DNA of 64,000 bases. It comes from Gnetum montanum. Lineage: Eukaryota; Plantae; Gnetophyta. The notes under the pieces are model-generated. The model saw only the letters and a list, made by a program, of their open reading frames with translations, did not search any database and was not told where the DNA came from. A program made the translations under genes and the position numbers. The stretch covers positions 62,001 to 126,000 of the forward strand of contig MNCI01002977.1 of the NCBI GenBank assembly GCA_015680685.1, given 5' to 3'. Positions 51,011 through 63,558 of the stretch are shown piece after piece. The first letter of the stretch is position 1, and each line of letters begins with the position of its first letter.

Positions 51011-52057
51011 TCATCGACAACCTAGCATTATCTGAAAAAACATGTTGCTACAATCAGTTGTATGTGCTCACACATAAACCTGCTACCTGATCTGTCACAT
51101 GGATCTAGATGAAATTGACGTTGTTCAAGATCTTGTTTGTCTCAAAACTCCCCATGATGGATCCATTCCATCAGCTGTGTTCAAGTTTAAAGTGCTTTAG
51201 CTAACTGAATCATTTATGGTTTTCTTATCCTCTTGGAGTTGTATTTGCAGGATGACATGCTTGAGATGTTCATGCACAGATGCATTTCATCATGACGATA
51301 GGGTATCACATTCTTCCTGACGCACGCAACTGGGTTAATCAATCCGTTCATAAGTACATTCCCAACCCCTGATACATTCCCTATTCCACGTCATGTCCTA
51401 ATTATCCTATTTAACTACATCTCCTGGATACATTCTACTCCCCCAAAGCCCTTGATACATTGTTGCACACTATGATTCTCTAAGCAGTTGCAACACAAAA
51501 CACAATACATGTTGCACGACACAGAATGCAAGCGCTCGAACATGAGCAAGGCACAAAAGGTAGGCTCTTCCAAAAAGACCAAAAGAAAAAAAGCAAAAAC
51601 AAAAGAAATGAAAAACAAAGAAAAAAGAAAAAAGAACAAAAATATCAAAGAGCAAAATGCACAACAAAGGTCTTCATGACCCCGTTGACATCATAAACTA
51701 AAGATCATTGGCTCTTCTCATACAAGCCCCAAGCGAGAAGGCAATTATCTTGGAAAAACACTTGTGTCTCAAATGATCATGTCACACATCATCGCGTGGC
51801 TTTGGCTATTTACAAAGGGCTCCCTTAGACACGACACAAGGGTCCTATTTCTCCAAAGAACATACCTCCTATGCCTTGGCTCCAATTCTTCTATACATTG
51901 GTTGTTGACAAGGACAGAAAACTAGCTCGTTCACATGAGAGCATTCCTCTCTCGCAGTTCAAACAACGACACCCTTGATCAATTCCTAACTTTCCCTAGT
52001 TACAATTCCTTGCATCTTGAACCACATTCCCTCAATCCCATGTACTTTTGAACCTGG

Positions 52058-53320
52058 TGAAACACCACAAAATTCTGAGCTTAGTACTTCTCCAACGAGA
52101 ATCGAGCTAATTCATGATGCTCACTAGCATGATTGAAGCTTGAGGACCCCATAGATAGCTTCAAGCAAAGTCGAACTCAACAAGAAATGGTTCCCTGGGA
52201 CCCGCAGAAAACCACGGCGACATCTGGAATCAAACATGGAAAATTCGGAGCTTAAGATACTTAGTTTTCACTGAGTATGCTGTCTGCAGCGTGTACGCCC
52301 AGCGTATATGCTTAGCGTGCACGCCTCACATGTATGCTCAACACGTACGACTGACGTGTACACCCAGCATGTGACTCCAAAGATTGCATGGAAAAGGTAC
52401 TTCAGAGCAAGATTTTGTACAAGGCATCAACTCTTAGAGATAGGGCGTCATCGTGGGCTCAAGAAAATCCAGTTCTAAGCTTGAAATCATGCACTCCTAA
52501 GTTCACACATTGAACAGGAACACCGTGTAGGCCCAACATGCGTGCCCAGTGTACACGCTCAGCATACATGCCCAGCGTGCACACACAACATGTATATGTT
52601 GGCATGATTCACACTGTATATTTGTAAAATTTCATTCTTTCACACTCAGTCAATGCACCACATGTCACCCGATCCGAGAGTCCAGCATCCCACAGCCAAC
52701 CATCCCCTCTCAGATCCGAGTCTAAGTCTAAACTTGTATAAAAACCCTGGCTTTTGACCAGATAGGGGTTTGAAAAATTGAAAGGATCTGGGCAAAAATA
52801 TAGGGGCGAAAAAAGGCATCGAGGAAATCATAGACATTAATCCTACACACTGGACTTCCATCCTGCACGCTGAGCATACAACCTTTACGCTATGCTTGCA
52901 GTCGAATCCAGCGAACATTAACCCCACTGCATCCACCAGAGCCTTCCGCCCGTCTTGTGTCAAAACCACAACTCCATTAGACCGGTGCATTGTAATTTCC
53001 ATTATGCAATGATATTGCCACAATTCTTTTGCTAAGATTCATTACAGTTTTTCGTTCATTCTTGTATGCTTATTGTTTATATTTCTGTACGATTACGCTC
53101 AGTTTTACATTTGTTACGTCGTTTACATTTAATCTAGCATATTGCGTATTGGCATATGTTTGGGGAAATCCTTGTCTAATCTGCGTGCAGACCACCAAGG
53201 TACTCTACCTTCGTTAGCTCCAGCTCGCCCTCAGGCGAAGGTAGGGTCTTCTGTGCTTGTCAGGTGATCTCTTGGTCTCTGTTCCGTTCTAGCTGGCGAC
53301 CGACGATTTCGGACAGTACA
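52058..53320 (+). repeat. 5' LTR of element D (1263 bp)
   Basis: Starts TGAAACACC like C; ends CGATTTCGGACAGTACA like A/B; PBS follows. Confidence 0.88.
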
Positions 53321-53325
53321 AAAAA

Positions 53326-53342
53326 TGGCACTAGAAGAAGGG
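53326..53342 (+). promoter_or_regulatory. PBS of D (tRNA-Asn)
   Basis: TGGCACTAGAAGAAGGG, 5 nt after the LTR. Confidence 0.85.
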
Positions 53343-53509
53343 CCTAAAACTGTTTAAACCCACTCTGATCTCATACACGCACCTCATGCTTCAGATCGGT
53401 ACTCTGGTTTTCCCAGATTCACATTACGCCAACATTAAACTCGATTCTAAACTTCTCGAATCTACACCCTGTTCCACATCATTCTCAACATCTACATGCT
53501 GCACGATCC

Positions 53510-54120
53510 TATCTATACACTGCCTTCAACCTGCATGCTATAGACTTTGTCTACACGCTGCTACCAACCTGCATGCTGTAGAATTTGTTTGCACGCTGCC
53601 GCCACTCTGCACGTTGTAGACTTTGTCTACACACTGCTACCACTCTACACGCTGCCACCAACCTGCACACTATAGAATTTTTCTACACGCTGTCGTCACT
53701 CTGCACGCTGTACATTTGTTCTACATGCTACCTCCACTCTGCATGCTATAGCCTTTTTCTGCACGCTACTGCCACTCTGCACGCTGCTGCTACTCTGCAC
53801 GCTGTAGACTTTGTCTGCACACTGCCGTCAACATGCACACTATAGACTTTTTCTGCACGCTGCCGCCAACCTACATGCTGTAGACTTTGTCTGCACGCTG
53901 CCACCAACCTGCACACTGTAGACTTTGTCTGCACGCTGCCGCCACTTGCAACACATTGACCACTCTAGTTTTATGCTAATAGTCGTATTTTGCACGCTGC
54001 CTCCACTTGCAACACGTTGACCACTCTATTTTTACGCTAATAGTCATAGTCTGCACGCTGCCACCACTTGCAACACATTGACCACTCTATTTTTATGCTA
54101 ATAGTCATAGTCTGCATGCC
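53510..54120. repeat. Tandem arrays in 5' UTR of D (~38-bp ctgcacgctgtagactttgt... units, then three ~61-bp units)
   Basis: Directly visible. Confidence 0.88.
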
Positions 54121-54297
54121 GCGACCTTAGCTTACACGCCGTGATCAGTTTCTGTACACTGGTCATGGAAGCCTGTATGCTTAAGATCTAGTCTGCATGC
54201 TTTGTAAACAGGCTACATGCCGCGAACTTAGGTGTACGCTGATAGGTATACCCGTTTCACATTTCTTCCACCTCGTTACATTCACGACCTTTCCATC

Positions 54298-57200
54298 ATG
54301 AACCCTGCAAACATCAACATTACAACTAGGCCCATCACAAATACTTCTGGCCCTATGACCATCCCTCCACCTACAGCACAACTCATGATAGGACCTCTCC
54401 AGTCTCTCAGGCTGCAAGGGAAGAACCCATCATTTAATGTTATAACACAAGAGCAATATAATTTTATATGCGTAAAAATCCAAGCTGGCCTAGCAGTTGA
54501 TCAAATTGAAATGGAGGCTAAGAGACAATACGAACTGTTTCATAGGGGAGGACATGAGTTCATCCCTTCCTCATATGACATCATCCCTCCTCCAGAGCAC
54601 TACTCTGAGCTCATCTCACAGCTCCTCCTACTAAGGAGTCAGTCTCTGGAATAGTTTATGGAAAATTCTCAATTGGAAGAGGAGGATGACTTCGCAGCTC
54701 AGTCCGAGCATGAAGATTCATACCATACCCTCAGCCCACAAACTTACGCAAACCCGTTGTTTCACCCATTCATGGGGGAAACTACGTCCCTCCAGCCATT
54801 TAAAATCACCCAAGCACATATACCTCAACAGGAATCATCCATGCTTATCCCTACTCCTCCTATGACCGATACACAATTCAACACACTTCCCCTTGCTATT
54901 CCCCCTGCTGCAACAGTATCTCCATTCTCACAAATACAACCTCCTCAAAATAATGTAGGAGTAACCTTCCCACCCCGAGTGATCGAGATGCCACATGTGA
55001 TACCAGCTTCTACATCTGCTCACTATATACAGCGGATCCAAACCCAAGGAACACCCTTCACCACTGGAACTCAACAAGTTCAGGGTGTTCCTGCACAAAA
55101 CGTGATCGGGCAGTGGGCTGCGACTGGTGTTCAACCGCATTAACCCCCTCACTACAACGTATCACCTTATACAATCCCACCCATGAACGTCCCTCAAGTG
55201 CAACAACAATAACAACCCCAGCAAACCTTTCCCTACAATGCGCCGTCCTTTGTACCACCCGCTATGAATATTCCACAAGCACAACCTCCAACTACACAAC
55301 TCTCCTCCTTCCAGCCCACTGTACAACAATCTAGTTTGTATACTACACAACATCATCAACCTACTATCTCACCTAGTGCCCAAGACTGGGCTGATGCCAA
55401 AAAGCTAATGCAAGAGCTAACTAACGAGGTCAAGCACCTCAAAACAACTGCCGACGAAGAGCTTAAGGTCGTGGATTTCTATCAAGATGATCCTATCAGC
55501 TCTTCGGTTCCACCTCTAACGTTACCTAAAGGTGTTTCCTTACCCACGTTAACTAAGTACAATGGGGAGACAGACCCCAACGCCCATCTTATAACGTTTA
55601 GATTAGAATGCGCATTACTTTAGGCGTGGCCACATGCCATTCTGCGAGTGTTCCCCATGTCCCTCACAGGGAGAGCACTTGATTGGTATCGGGCTTTGCC
55701 CCAAAACTCAATATCTTCTCTAGAAGATTGTTACACCAATTCGTTACCATGTTCAAGTATAACTTAAAGCCTGAAGTAACACTTGACAGTCTCATACAGG
55801 TCAAGCAAGCACCGCTTGAGCCTGTTCAAAAATTTATTCAGCAGTGGAGTGCTGCCCTCAATGAGCTCCAAGAGCTAATCCTGGAGATGTATCTCCTCAC
55901 CATCCTAAAAGGGGTCGTCCATGATTTTGTCAAGTCCAAATTATATTATCTCAATGCACGCACTCTTAGTCAAGCATTTGTACAAATTAAGAACATAGAG
56001 GAGGCAGCCCAAAATAGCCATGGCCCTGCCTATTCAGCCTTTAAAAACCAACATAATAAGAAAGACAAAGAAAAGGCTAAAACAACTATAGCAGTAGTAG
56101 CGGAAACACACCAAGCGAATGTGGGACAACAAGGCAAACCGACTGCTGCCCCTACTAATTATGCTAGACCCACTCCTGCGACTGCACCCAAATCGTCCAC
56201 GTCACAAAATCCTACACCGGGTCATGCGAGAAACTTCGAGAAGAGGGACCCCTCTCAATACACACCGTTGCCCATGAAACCCCCACAATTATTCGACCAA
56301 CTCTTGAAGGCTGGACTAATGAAACATAAACAATTGTTTCCCACAGCAATCCAAAGACATGATTGATTCTGTCAATTGGTTCAGAACCCAAGCCTGGTAA
56401 TGCCAGATGAGCCCCCAGTTCCAAGGGGCTTTAGAATGGACCATTTTTGTAATTATCATCAACGTAATGGGCATGGCACTGACTATTGTTTCACCCTAAA
56501 ACAAGATATTCAACGGATGATCGACGGAGGTCAAATCACTTTCAATGAAGCCAACCCGGTCCAACCACAAAACCAGGCCATGGGTGTATATAAAGATCCT
56601 CTAAATACTAAGGAAGAACCATATGTAATTAACACCATCTACTTGGATAACGAACCGAAAAAACCTAGGATTAACACCATCTATTCAAAAATCAAGCAGA
56701 AAATACCTAAGAGATCATTTGTAGTGCATATTCTGCCCACTGCACAAACACCCGCACCTCAATCATCATACTCTCCATGTAACCCGCCTACCCTGCAAAC
56801 ACCCTATGTCATCTGAATATCCCCCTACCGTAGCAACCTCTACCATACCACCACATGAAAAACCATACATAGTGCATGTACCTCCCATCTCTACTACCGC
56901 AGACATACAACCTCTTACCCGGCCTGCTCCCTACGTAGTCCAAGTGTCACCTGCGGTCGCACCTATGGAGGTACAACCCCCAGCTAGACCAACATAATAT
57001 GTTGTTAGGATACCCGAACGTCCTGATGACCACCAATCCTCCACTCCGCAAGCACAGAATAAACCGATCCCCTATGTTGTTAGGGTGCCTAGGCAGCCCG
57101 ACACTCAACCGCATTCAACTGTCCAACCGCAACCCCATCCTACTCCATATGTCATACGAGTTCCAAAGCAACCTGAAGTCCAGAAACCAACTGTTCCCCC

Positions 57201-58521
57201 GCGCCACACACGAGAATGCCTGGCAGACAAGCTCACACGGGAACGCTTGGAGAAAGAACGTCAACGACTTGCCTTAGGACCCCCCAAGCCTACCCCATTA
57301 AGTGTAGTGCCCATGACATCACCTAACAATAAACTAAACACAAGCTATGAGGGAGAATCATCAGGAACACATGATACATCTAGATCAATGGTTATGGATA
57401 AAAATGACAAACCAACTACGCATGAGATAAAACTGTTGGGCCCAATGGACCAAATGACTATCGACAAACATACACCCAACAGTAAAGATTTAGCAACAAC
57501 TCTAACATAGGTCACATAGGCAGTTAAACAAAAAAACACTTCATTAAGCCTATACGACCTAGTGTTAACTTCTCAAACTCACCATGAAGCCCTAGTAAGC
57601 ATGTTGACATCCATCCCAGTAAGTGAAGACTTACCTCCAAATGAACCTTCAATTCATGTGGTAATGTATTCGCCTCAAGGATCGATTTCTAAATCACTAG
57701 GTTTTCACAATGACAACATCAAAATGGATGAGAAAATAGGAGAAGTGACAACCGCACCTATGTTCATAATGATACAAGTAAACTAATTCAAAATACATAG
57801 AATGCATGTAGATGATGGAGATGCTACAAACGTAGTACCCTATCCCATCGTCGAACAATTAGGGCTTACAGAACTAATTAGACCAACTGCCACCACATGT
57901 TTAAAATCGTTTATTGGATCACACGTAGTAGTAAAAGGCACCATAACTTTGGACATTATAGTAGGGGATTAATTCCCCACATCCGCTAACTTTATGGTCA
58001 TCGATGAAATTCTAGGGTTCAATTTAATATTAGGAAGGCCTTGGTAATCCCAACTGAAAGCAGTCTCTTCCCCCATACACCAAGAGATTCACCTGTCTTA
58101 CAAAGGTGGTGAAATCATTATACACGGGGAGGCTGCTACACCTACCATCTCGTCACATATAGATATAGACCAAGGCTCGGAGGTTAAGTTTGAAGAGCCT
58201 AAATAGGATGATACAAACGAACAACAAAGATGCACGCAACCAGTAAGCAATGATCCATTAAACATAAAGAAAAATTTACCCAACACAGAAATACTCGGGT
58301 CTAAAACTGCACATATACCGCCTAATCTGGAAATTACAATGAACGCAGAAACTACTGTACATGTGGAAACACTAGAGGATGCTAACACAGAACCGGTTTC
58401 ATCAAATGTCCCTTGCGCTGAATTACCATTCAACGTGATCAATGAAGGGGACGCTGAGTATAGAATCATACCCATCAACGCTACTTCTAATGTTAAGATA
58501 AGGAAAATAAAAAATTACTAA
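54298..58521 (+). pseudogene. gag: gag-protease remnant of element D
   Basis: KYNGETDPNAHLITF, FCNYHQRNGHGTDYC knuckle, protease HVDDGDATNVVP...FNLILGRPW; start codon uncertain. Confidence 0.9.
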
Positions 58522-59303
58522 ACCAATAAACAACATTCAAGTTTGAAACAACATTAAACTACATTTATCGTCCGAAATGACGCTAAACTATCACATGTCN
58601 GTTAAACTACATTTATCGTCCGAAATGACGCTAAACTATCACATGTCTACAATGACATAAAACTAGCCATGGTCAGAAATGGCCGATCTACCAAGAAACC
58701 CACCAGTATCATTTGGAATTTCCCTCATCTGCACGTGGCCCAAGATGGCCTTAAACTAGTGCGTGGGGCTTGAAATGGCCTTAAACTAGAACATCAAGAT
58801 TATAGTCCGTCATGACTTTAAACTGACACACAAGTATGCATGACTCGGAACGGCCCTAAACTAGAGCACTTTCTTACGTTTTCCTTCTCTCAATTCAGGT
58901 TCAGCCTCCGAAGTTATGCTTAGATTGTTGTGTTATTAATTACAGTTTTTCTTCACATTCCCCTTTTCACAATTATCCATCGATTACAATTACATTCCTA
59001 CTGGCATCCCTACTTCGTGCATTACACTTAAACAACAAAACAAACCAAAAAATCTTACATTGCTGCATCGTGTTTACATTTAAACAAAAACAGCCAAAAG
59101 AACAAAAATATTTCCACTTTAAATCTACGTTTTTCAGTGTTCAAACAAACTCAAAATTCAAAAATATATATATATAGTCATATACAGTTGGACAATTACA
59201 ACAGTTAACTAATTCCATTCATCAGTTCATGAATAACCCAAGGCAAAACCTTCAGTTTACGACTCATGTAAAAATATGAGCCATGATAATGTCAAAATGA
59301 AAA

Positions 59304-62300
59304 CTAAATATCAGGGTCAGGAGGGCTATCCCCTTCAGACTCTCCAACATCATGGGTCCCCGCTCCGCTGGGGCCACCTTCTTGAACATCGTCATTGTCC
59401 TCACCCTATGAAAAGGTAAAAGAAAACAATCAACACAAAAAAAGAAAAGAGAAAAATCCCAAGCATTATTCAACGAAAAAAATTCACAAGAATAAACTGC
59501 TTACCGTAGGAGACCCCCCTAAAATGAATTCCAACCAATGGAGAATTTCTTCCTCGGAGACACTAGCCCAGTCAGTCCCATCGAGGCCCAGATCGATGTT
59601 CGCTAAGGCCTTCCCTTTGTCAACCGTCGACCATGTGAGACGTTTCAAGCAAAATTCACCCACAAAGACCTCCCCAAAAGTAGTCATAATTACCCTCTTG
59701 GGCGATTCCATCTCAACAATGGTATTCTTAGCAAATGTATCAAATGCAGAGCGTAGACCCAGACCCTCTATGAACATCTCAAGCTGACGCTTCTCTATAG
59801 ATACCTCTTTTAGCAATTTCTTATAATGATACTTATGGGTCTTTTCATCTTGACCCCATTTCTGCACCTTAGAAGCAAAAGCCTTCCAATCCTGACACTT
59901 GAGGTTCAGTAAATCTATCTGGGCCTTATGTTCTGCTAGCTCCCGAGTCAGTGATACTTGACAATTCAGCAAGTTCCAATATCTGGTATAAGTGATCTTG
60001 GAAGTTTGCTAAGAACGATCACCTATTAATCTTGCCGAGGTGAACTCATAACAAGATTTGAGATCATCACATTCAGCCGATAACTCGGAAACCTCCCTTT
60101 CCCTTGCCTAGATCTACAACCATAGTTGTTCAATGGAGCACCTACAGGTCCAAAGTGATTTGGCGTTATGCACAAGACATTCCACCACTTCATCATAGAA
60201 CTGTCTTGGTACTTGTTCGACTTCAGGTGGTAGTGCAAGCAAGCTGTCAATACAAATAGCCTCAGAAAAATCCCACTTCAGTTTAGACCCTACCCACACA
60301 AAAAGAACAGGCATTAGACCTTAGATGGCAAGAAAGACTATGAAAACAGAAGGAAGCAAAACGCTTCAGACATTTGTACCTATCTTAGGGTGAGCATGTT
60401 GAATGCGTTTGACCACCTCGTCAACGATATTGGTGACAAAATCCATTTTTCTTGGCATTTTGGTCCAGGTAAACGGTTCATGCGTGCAAGATGGATTGGA
60501 TTCAGCAATCATTTCAGCGGGAACCTCTATCATAGGCACTTCTAACCACATGGTAGGAACCATCCTAGTTTCAATATCTACATCTGGAAGTGGTAAAAAC
60601 ATAAATTAAAACACCAAATAAAGGAAATAATGACTCAAAAGGCAATGCAATAAAGTAAAAAAAAAACAAACAACATATCGGATTCTCTGTTTCCTTCCCG
60701 GTTTGGAGGGTCGCCAAGGTCGACCCTTCCCCTAAGGAAGCCATCAAATATCTCATCAACACCATCTCAGTCATCGACCAGTTCTGTCTCTGTGGTGTCT
60801 TGCGCCAGCTCTTCGGTCACTTCCACCTGATCTTTGCCGACCTCTTCCTCCTTAATTAAATCCGTTGGGACTTCCTCCTCCTTGATAATCATTTCTAGCT
60901 CCTGTCTTCTTACTTCAGGAGTTAGCTCTGAAGACATTCATAGATCCAACATTAGTTTCATGTAAACAGTCAAAAAGAAAAAAATAAATAAGACGAAAAT
61001 AACGATAATGGCAATAAAACAAGTGCATCAGGCTTACTTACCCTGTGCAGGCATTTTAAATCGTATACATTTCACCCTTGGCTCTTCTACAGTTGGGGCC
61101 ACCTCTCTAGGGCGCTCGCGCTTCTGAACCTTCAATTTGGCTTTCCCGATAGTCTCCTTGATCACCCAACCAGCTCTCCTGGCAGTGTAGGGTACACTGT
61201 CTGGTTCCAACCCCATGCTATCACGTGTATGGATTGAACCACTAGATGACCCCTCCGTTGTGACAGAAACTGATTCATTGATCCCCTCGAGTGCATCCTG
61301 AGACTTAGCTACCTCAAATAAATGGTCAATCCATGGGTAAGATAATTGAGTACAATCCCGCAAAAAATATTTTTTATCCACATGAACCACCAAAAATTCA
61401 GCTAGGCGACGCAGATAACCGGTGAAGAACGCAAGAGTAAAGTGGGATTGTGCCTCAATATTCAAATGTAACCTCACTATCTCCCCATGGAAACCCGAGA
61501 GCAGAAATTGGGCCCAGTTATAACGTACCCCAATCTCTAGAATAGTGTGCATGATACGCACGGGTTCTACCCCAAAGGTCTTTACCTGAGAAAGAGACTT
61601 GGGAAACACCCGCACTCTAAACAAAAGATACAGCTCATTGACTTCGGCCACTTTCGACTTGCCTTGCATAGAAAACCCCTTAGAGCCTTTGGGAATGCCT
61701 AACCAGTCCTCTAATTCTTGCACAATGTGGAGTTCTTTCTGTGCCCTATCCACATCCACTTTGACACCATTTGCTAGTACGCCAAAGAGGTCCGACAAAA
61801 ATTCCACCGACAGACAAAAAACCACTTTAGCACCCTTGATACGTGTTCCATAGTAGGTTATGGATCTGTTGAAAGAGTCAACGATTCCAATCATCTCTGT
61901 CACGGACACATCATGACTAGGAGTAATAAATAAATCCATGAGGCCCATGTCACTTAAACAACTGATGATCTACAGCAGTGCCTTAGTGCGTAACCACCTT
62001 CGTGCAACAGTAACCTCCCCGAATTTCATGGATAGAGTGCCTTCAGTCCACCCAGTTGTGATAGTAGCTCCACCAGGGGGAACATCCACTGTACGCACAG
62101 GATAACACCGAGGAGTCAATATAACCAATTATATAGCAGAACGAACAAAATAAGGCATCAAAAAAATACTGTGACTTACCGTTAGATGATGGATCGGTGC
62201 TAGATGTCAAATCTGAATCACGTGGAAAAATTGGCCCACTTTGGGACCAATCCCCATTCAACCACCCCCGAGCTACACATTGCGCAAATGCCCTGGAGTA

Positions 62301-63558
62301 TCGCTTATGAAAATGAACAATGTCACCCTTCGTCTGAGCTAACACAGCTCCATGGAGGGTGGGACCTACCATAAAAGTCTCTAAAGCAATGTGAGCCAAT
62401 GCAAGTCCATCATCGCCTATGTGTATTCCATCTTTGTCAACTTGGGGCCTACAAAAGAACGGTAATAAAAATAGGAGGAAACACTAAAAATCAGAATAGA
62501 AACGACGAATTAAACAACCTTACCTCTCCACCCTGTATACCGTGCCCAAAGGATTCTAAAATAATGTATGCGCACGAGTGGCTAAAAATAAGGTGCTATT
62601 GAGATAGTGAGGGCCATGTGACAATAAGTCCCATACACGTGATAACCGACGGGTAGATCTGGGCCCCCTAGAGGAACCATCCTCAATCGTAAGTGGTCCC
62701 TCATCGATGTCCACCATGAAAGCCATAATGCCAGTTGAAGACCCTGGTAACATCGTCTCAAGCACGCTTCGCACTAATTGCTCGCTTAGATGGGACCATA
62801 TTACTAATCTGAATCTGTCTAAAATAAAGGCAAGGAACTCACAAGCCCCTTCCCTGAACCATAACCCATTGTTATCAATAGTCATATCAGGGGTAGGTTC
62901 GTCAGAATCAATGGGCCCAAACCACGCCAGAACCCCAACCAGCTCAACCACTAAGAGGAAAGGCTTAGGATCCCTACAAATACCCAGAATGCTATGGTAA
63001 ATCAGTTATACATGAAAATGAAATAATGAAATGAAGTTCCACATTGGGGGCCAATACTTCGAAAAAGTTGCTAACTATTTATGTTCAGCATGCAGATCCT
63101 ACACGCTGGAAAACTATTTATGCTCAGCGTGCAGATCCTACACGCTGGAAAACTGTGCATGCTGGAAAACTATTTATGCTCAACATGCAGACCTTGCACA
63201 CTGGAAAACTGTTTACGCTCAGCGTGTAGATCCTGCACGCTAGAAAACTGTTTATGCTGGAAAACTATTTACGCTCAGCGTGCAGACCCTGCACGCTGCG
63301 AAAACTGTTCACGCTCAACATCGTCCCCGTATGTCGAAACATACAACCAGAGACCTTGTGCAAATCCCGTATGTCCATATAGCAAATACAAAAGAAAAAA
63401 ATTACCTGAGACAAGATTAGAGCCTACCTGCGTGTCGATCCAAGCCACGATGGAATCCTAGGCCTAGGCAAACACTGAAGCATGGCCTCACTTACCTCTG
63501 CAAAGGTCAAGCTGGGCTCCTTCCTCCCCTGGCCCTCTACCTCCTTTCCCTTGCCCAT
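59304..63558 (-). pseudogene. Antisense multi-exon gene of D (FCP1/NIF-like domain ~62525-62972; 304-aa open helical-domain exon 61034-61948; coiled coil ~59700-60130)
   Basis: Homologous to the B and C copies; donors GAG|GTAAGG (62524), ACG|GTAAGT (~62179), GG|GTAAGT (~61041), CAG|GTAGG (63427). Confidence 0.82.
63060..63320. repeat. Tandem array (ctggaaaactatttatgctcagcgtgcagatcctacacg) in a predicted intron of D's antisense gene
   Basis: About 6 copies of ~39 bp; a second short array lies at 63598-63715. Confidence 0.85.

Larger units (their letters stand above)
1..52057 (+). mobile_element. Element B: Ty3/Gypsy Tat-clade LTR retrotransposon, host of nested insertions A, C and D (5' end before window; 3' LTR not in window)
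   Basis: Split 5' LTR (1-1262 + 18919-19380), PBS 19386, gag-pro 19916-23677, antisense gene, pol 47204-50680. The 3' UTR is colinear with element A's 3' UTR until D begins at 52058. Sequence rejoins across TSDs ATCCC and ACAAG. Confidence 0.9.

Noticed and set aside
58553-58647. Exact ~46-bp tandem duplication
   Set aside because: The copies are separated by a single N (58600), typical of an unmerged contig overlap.
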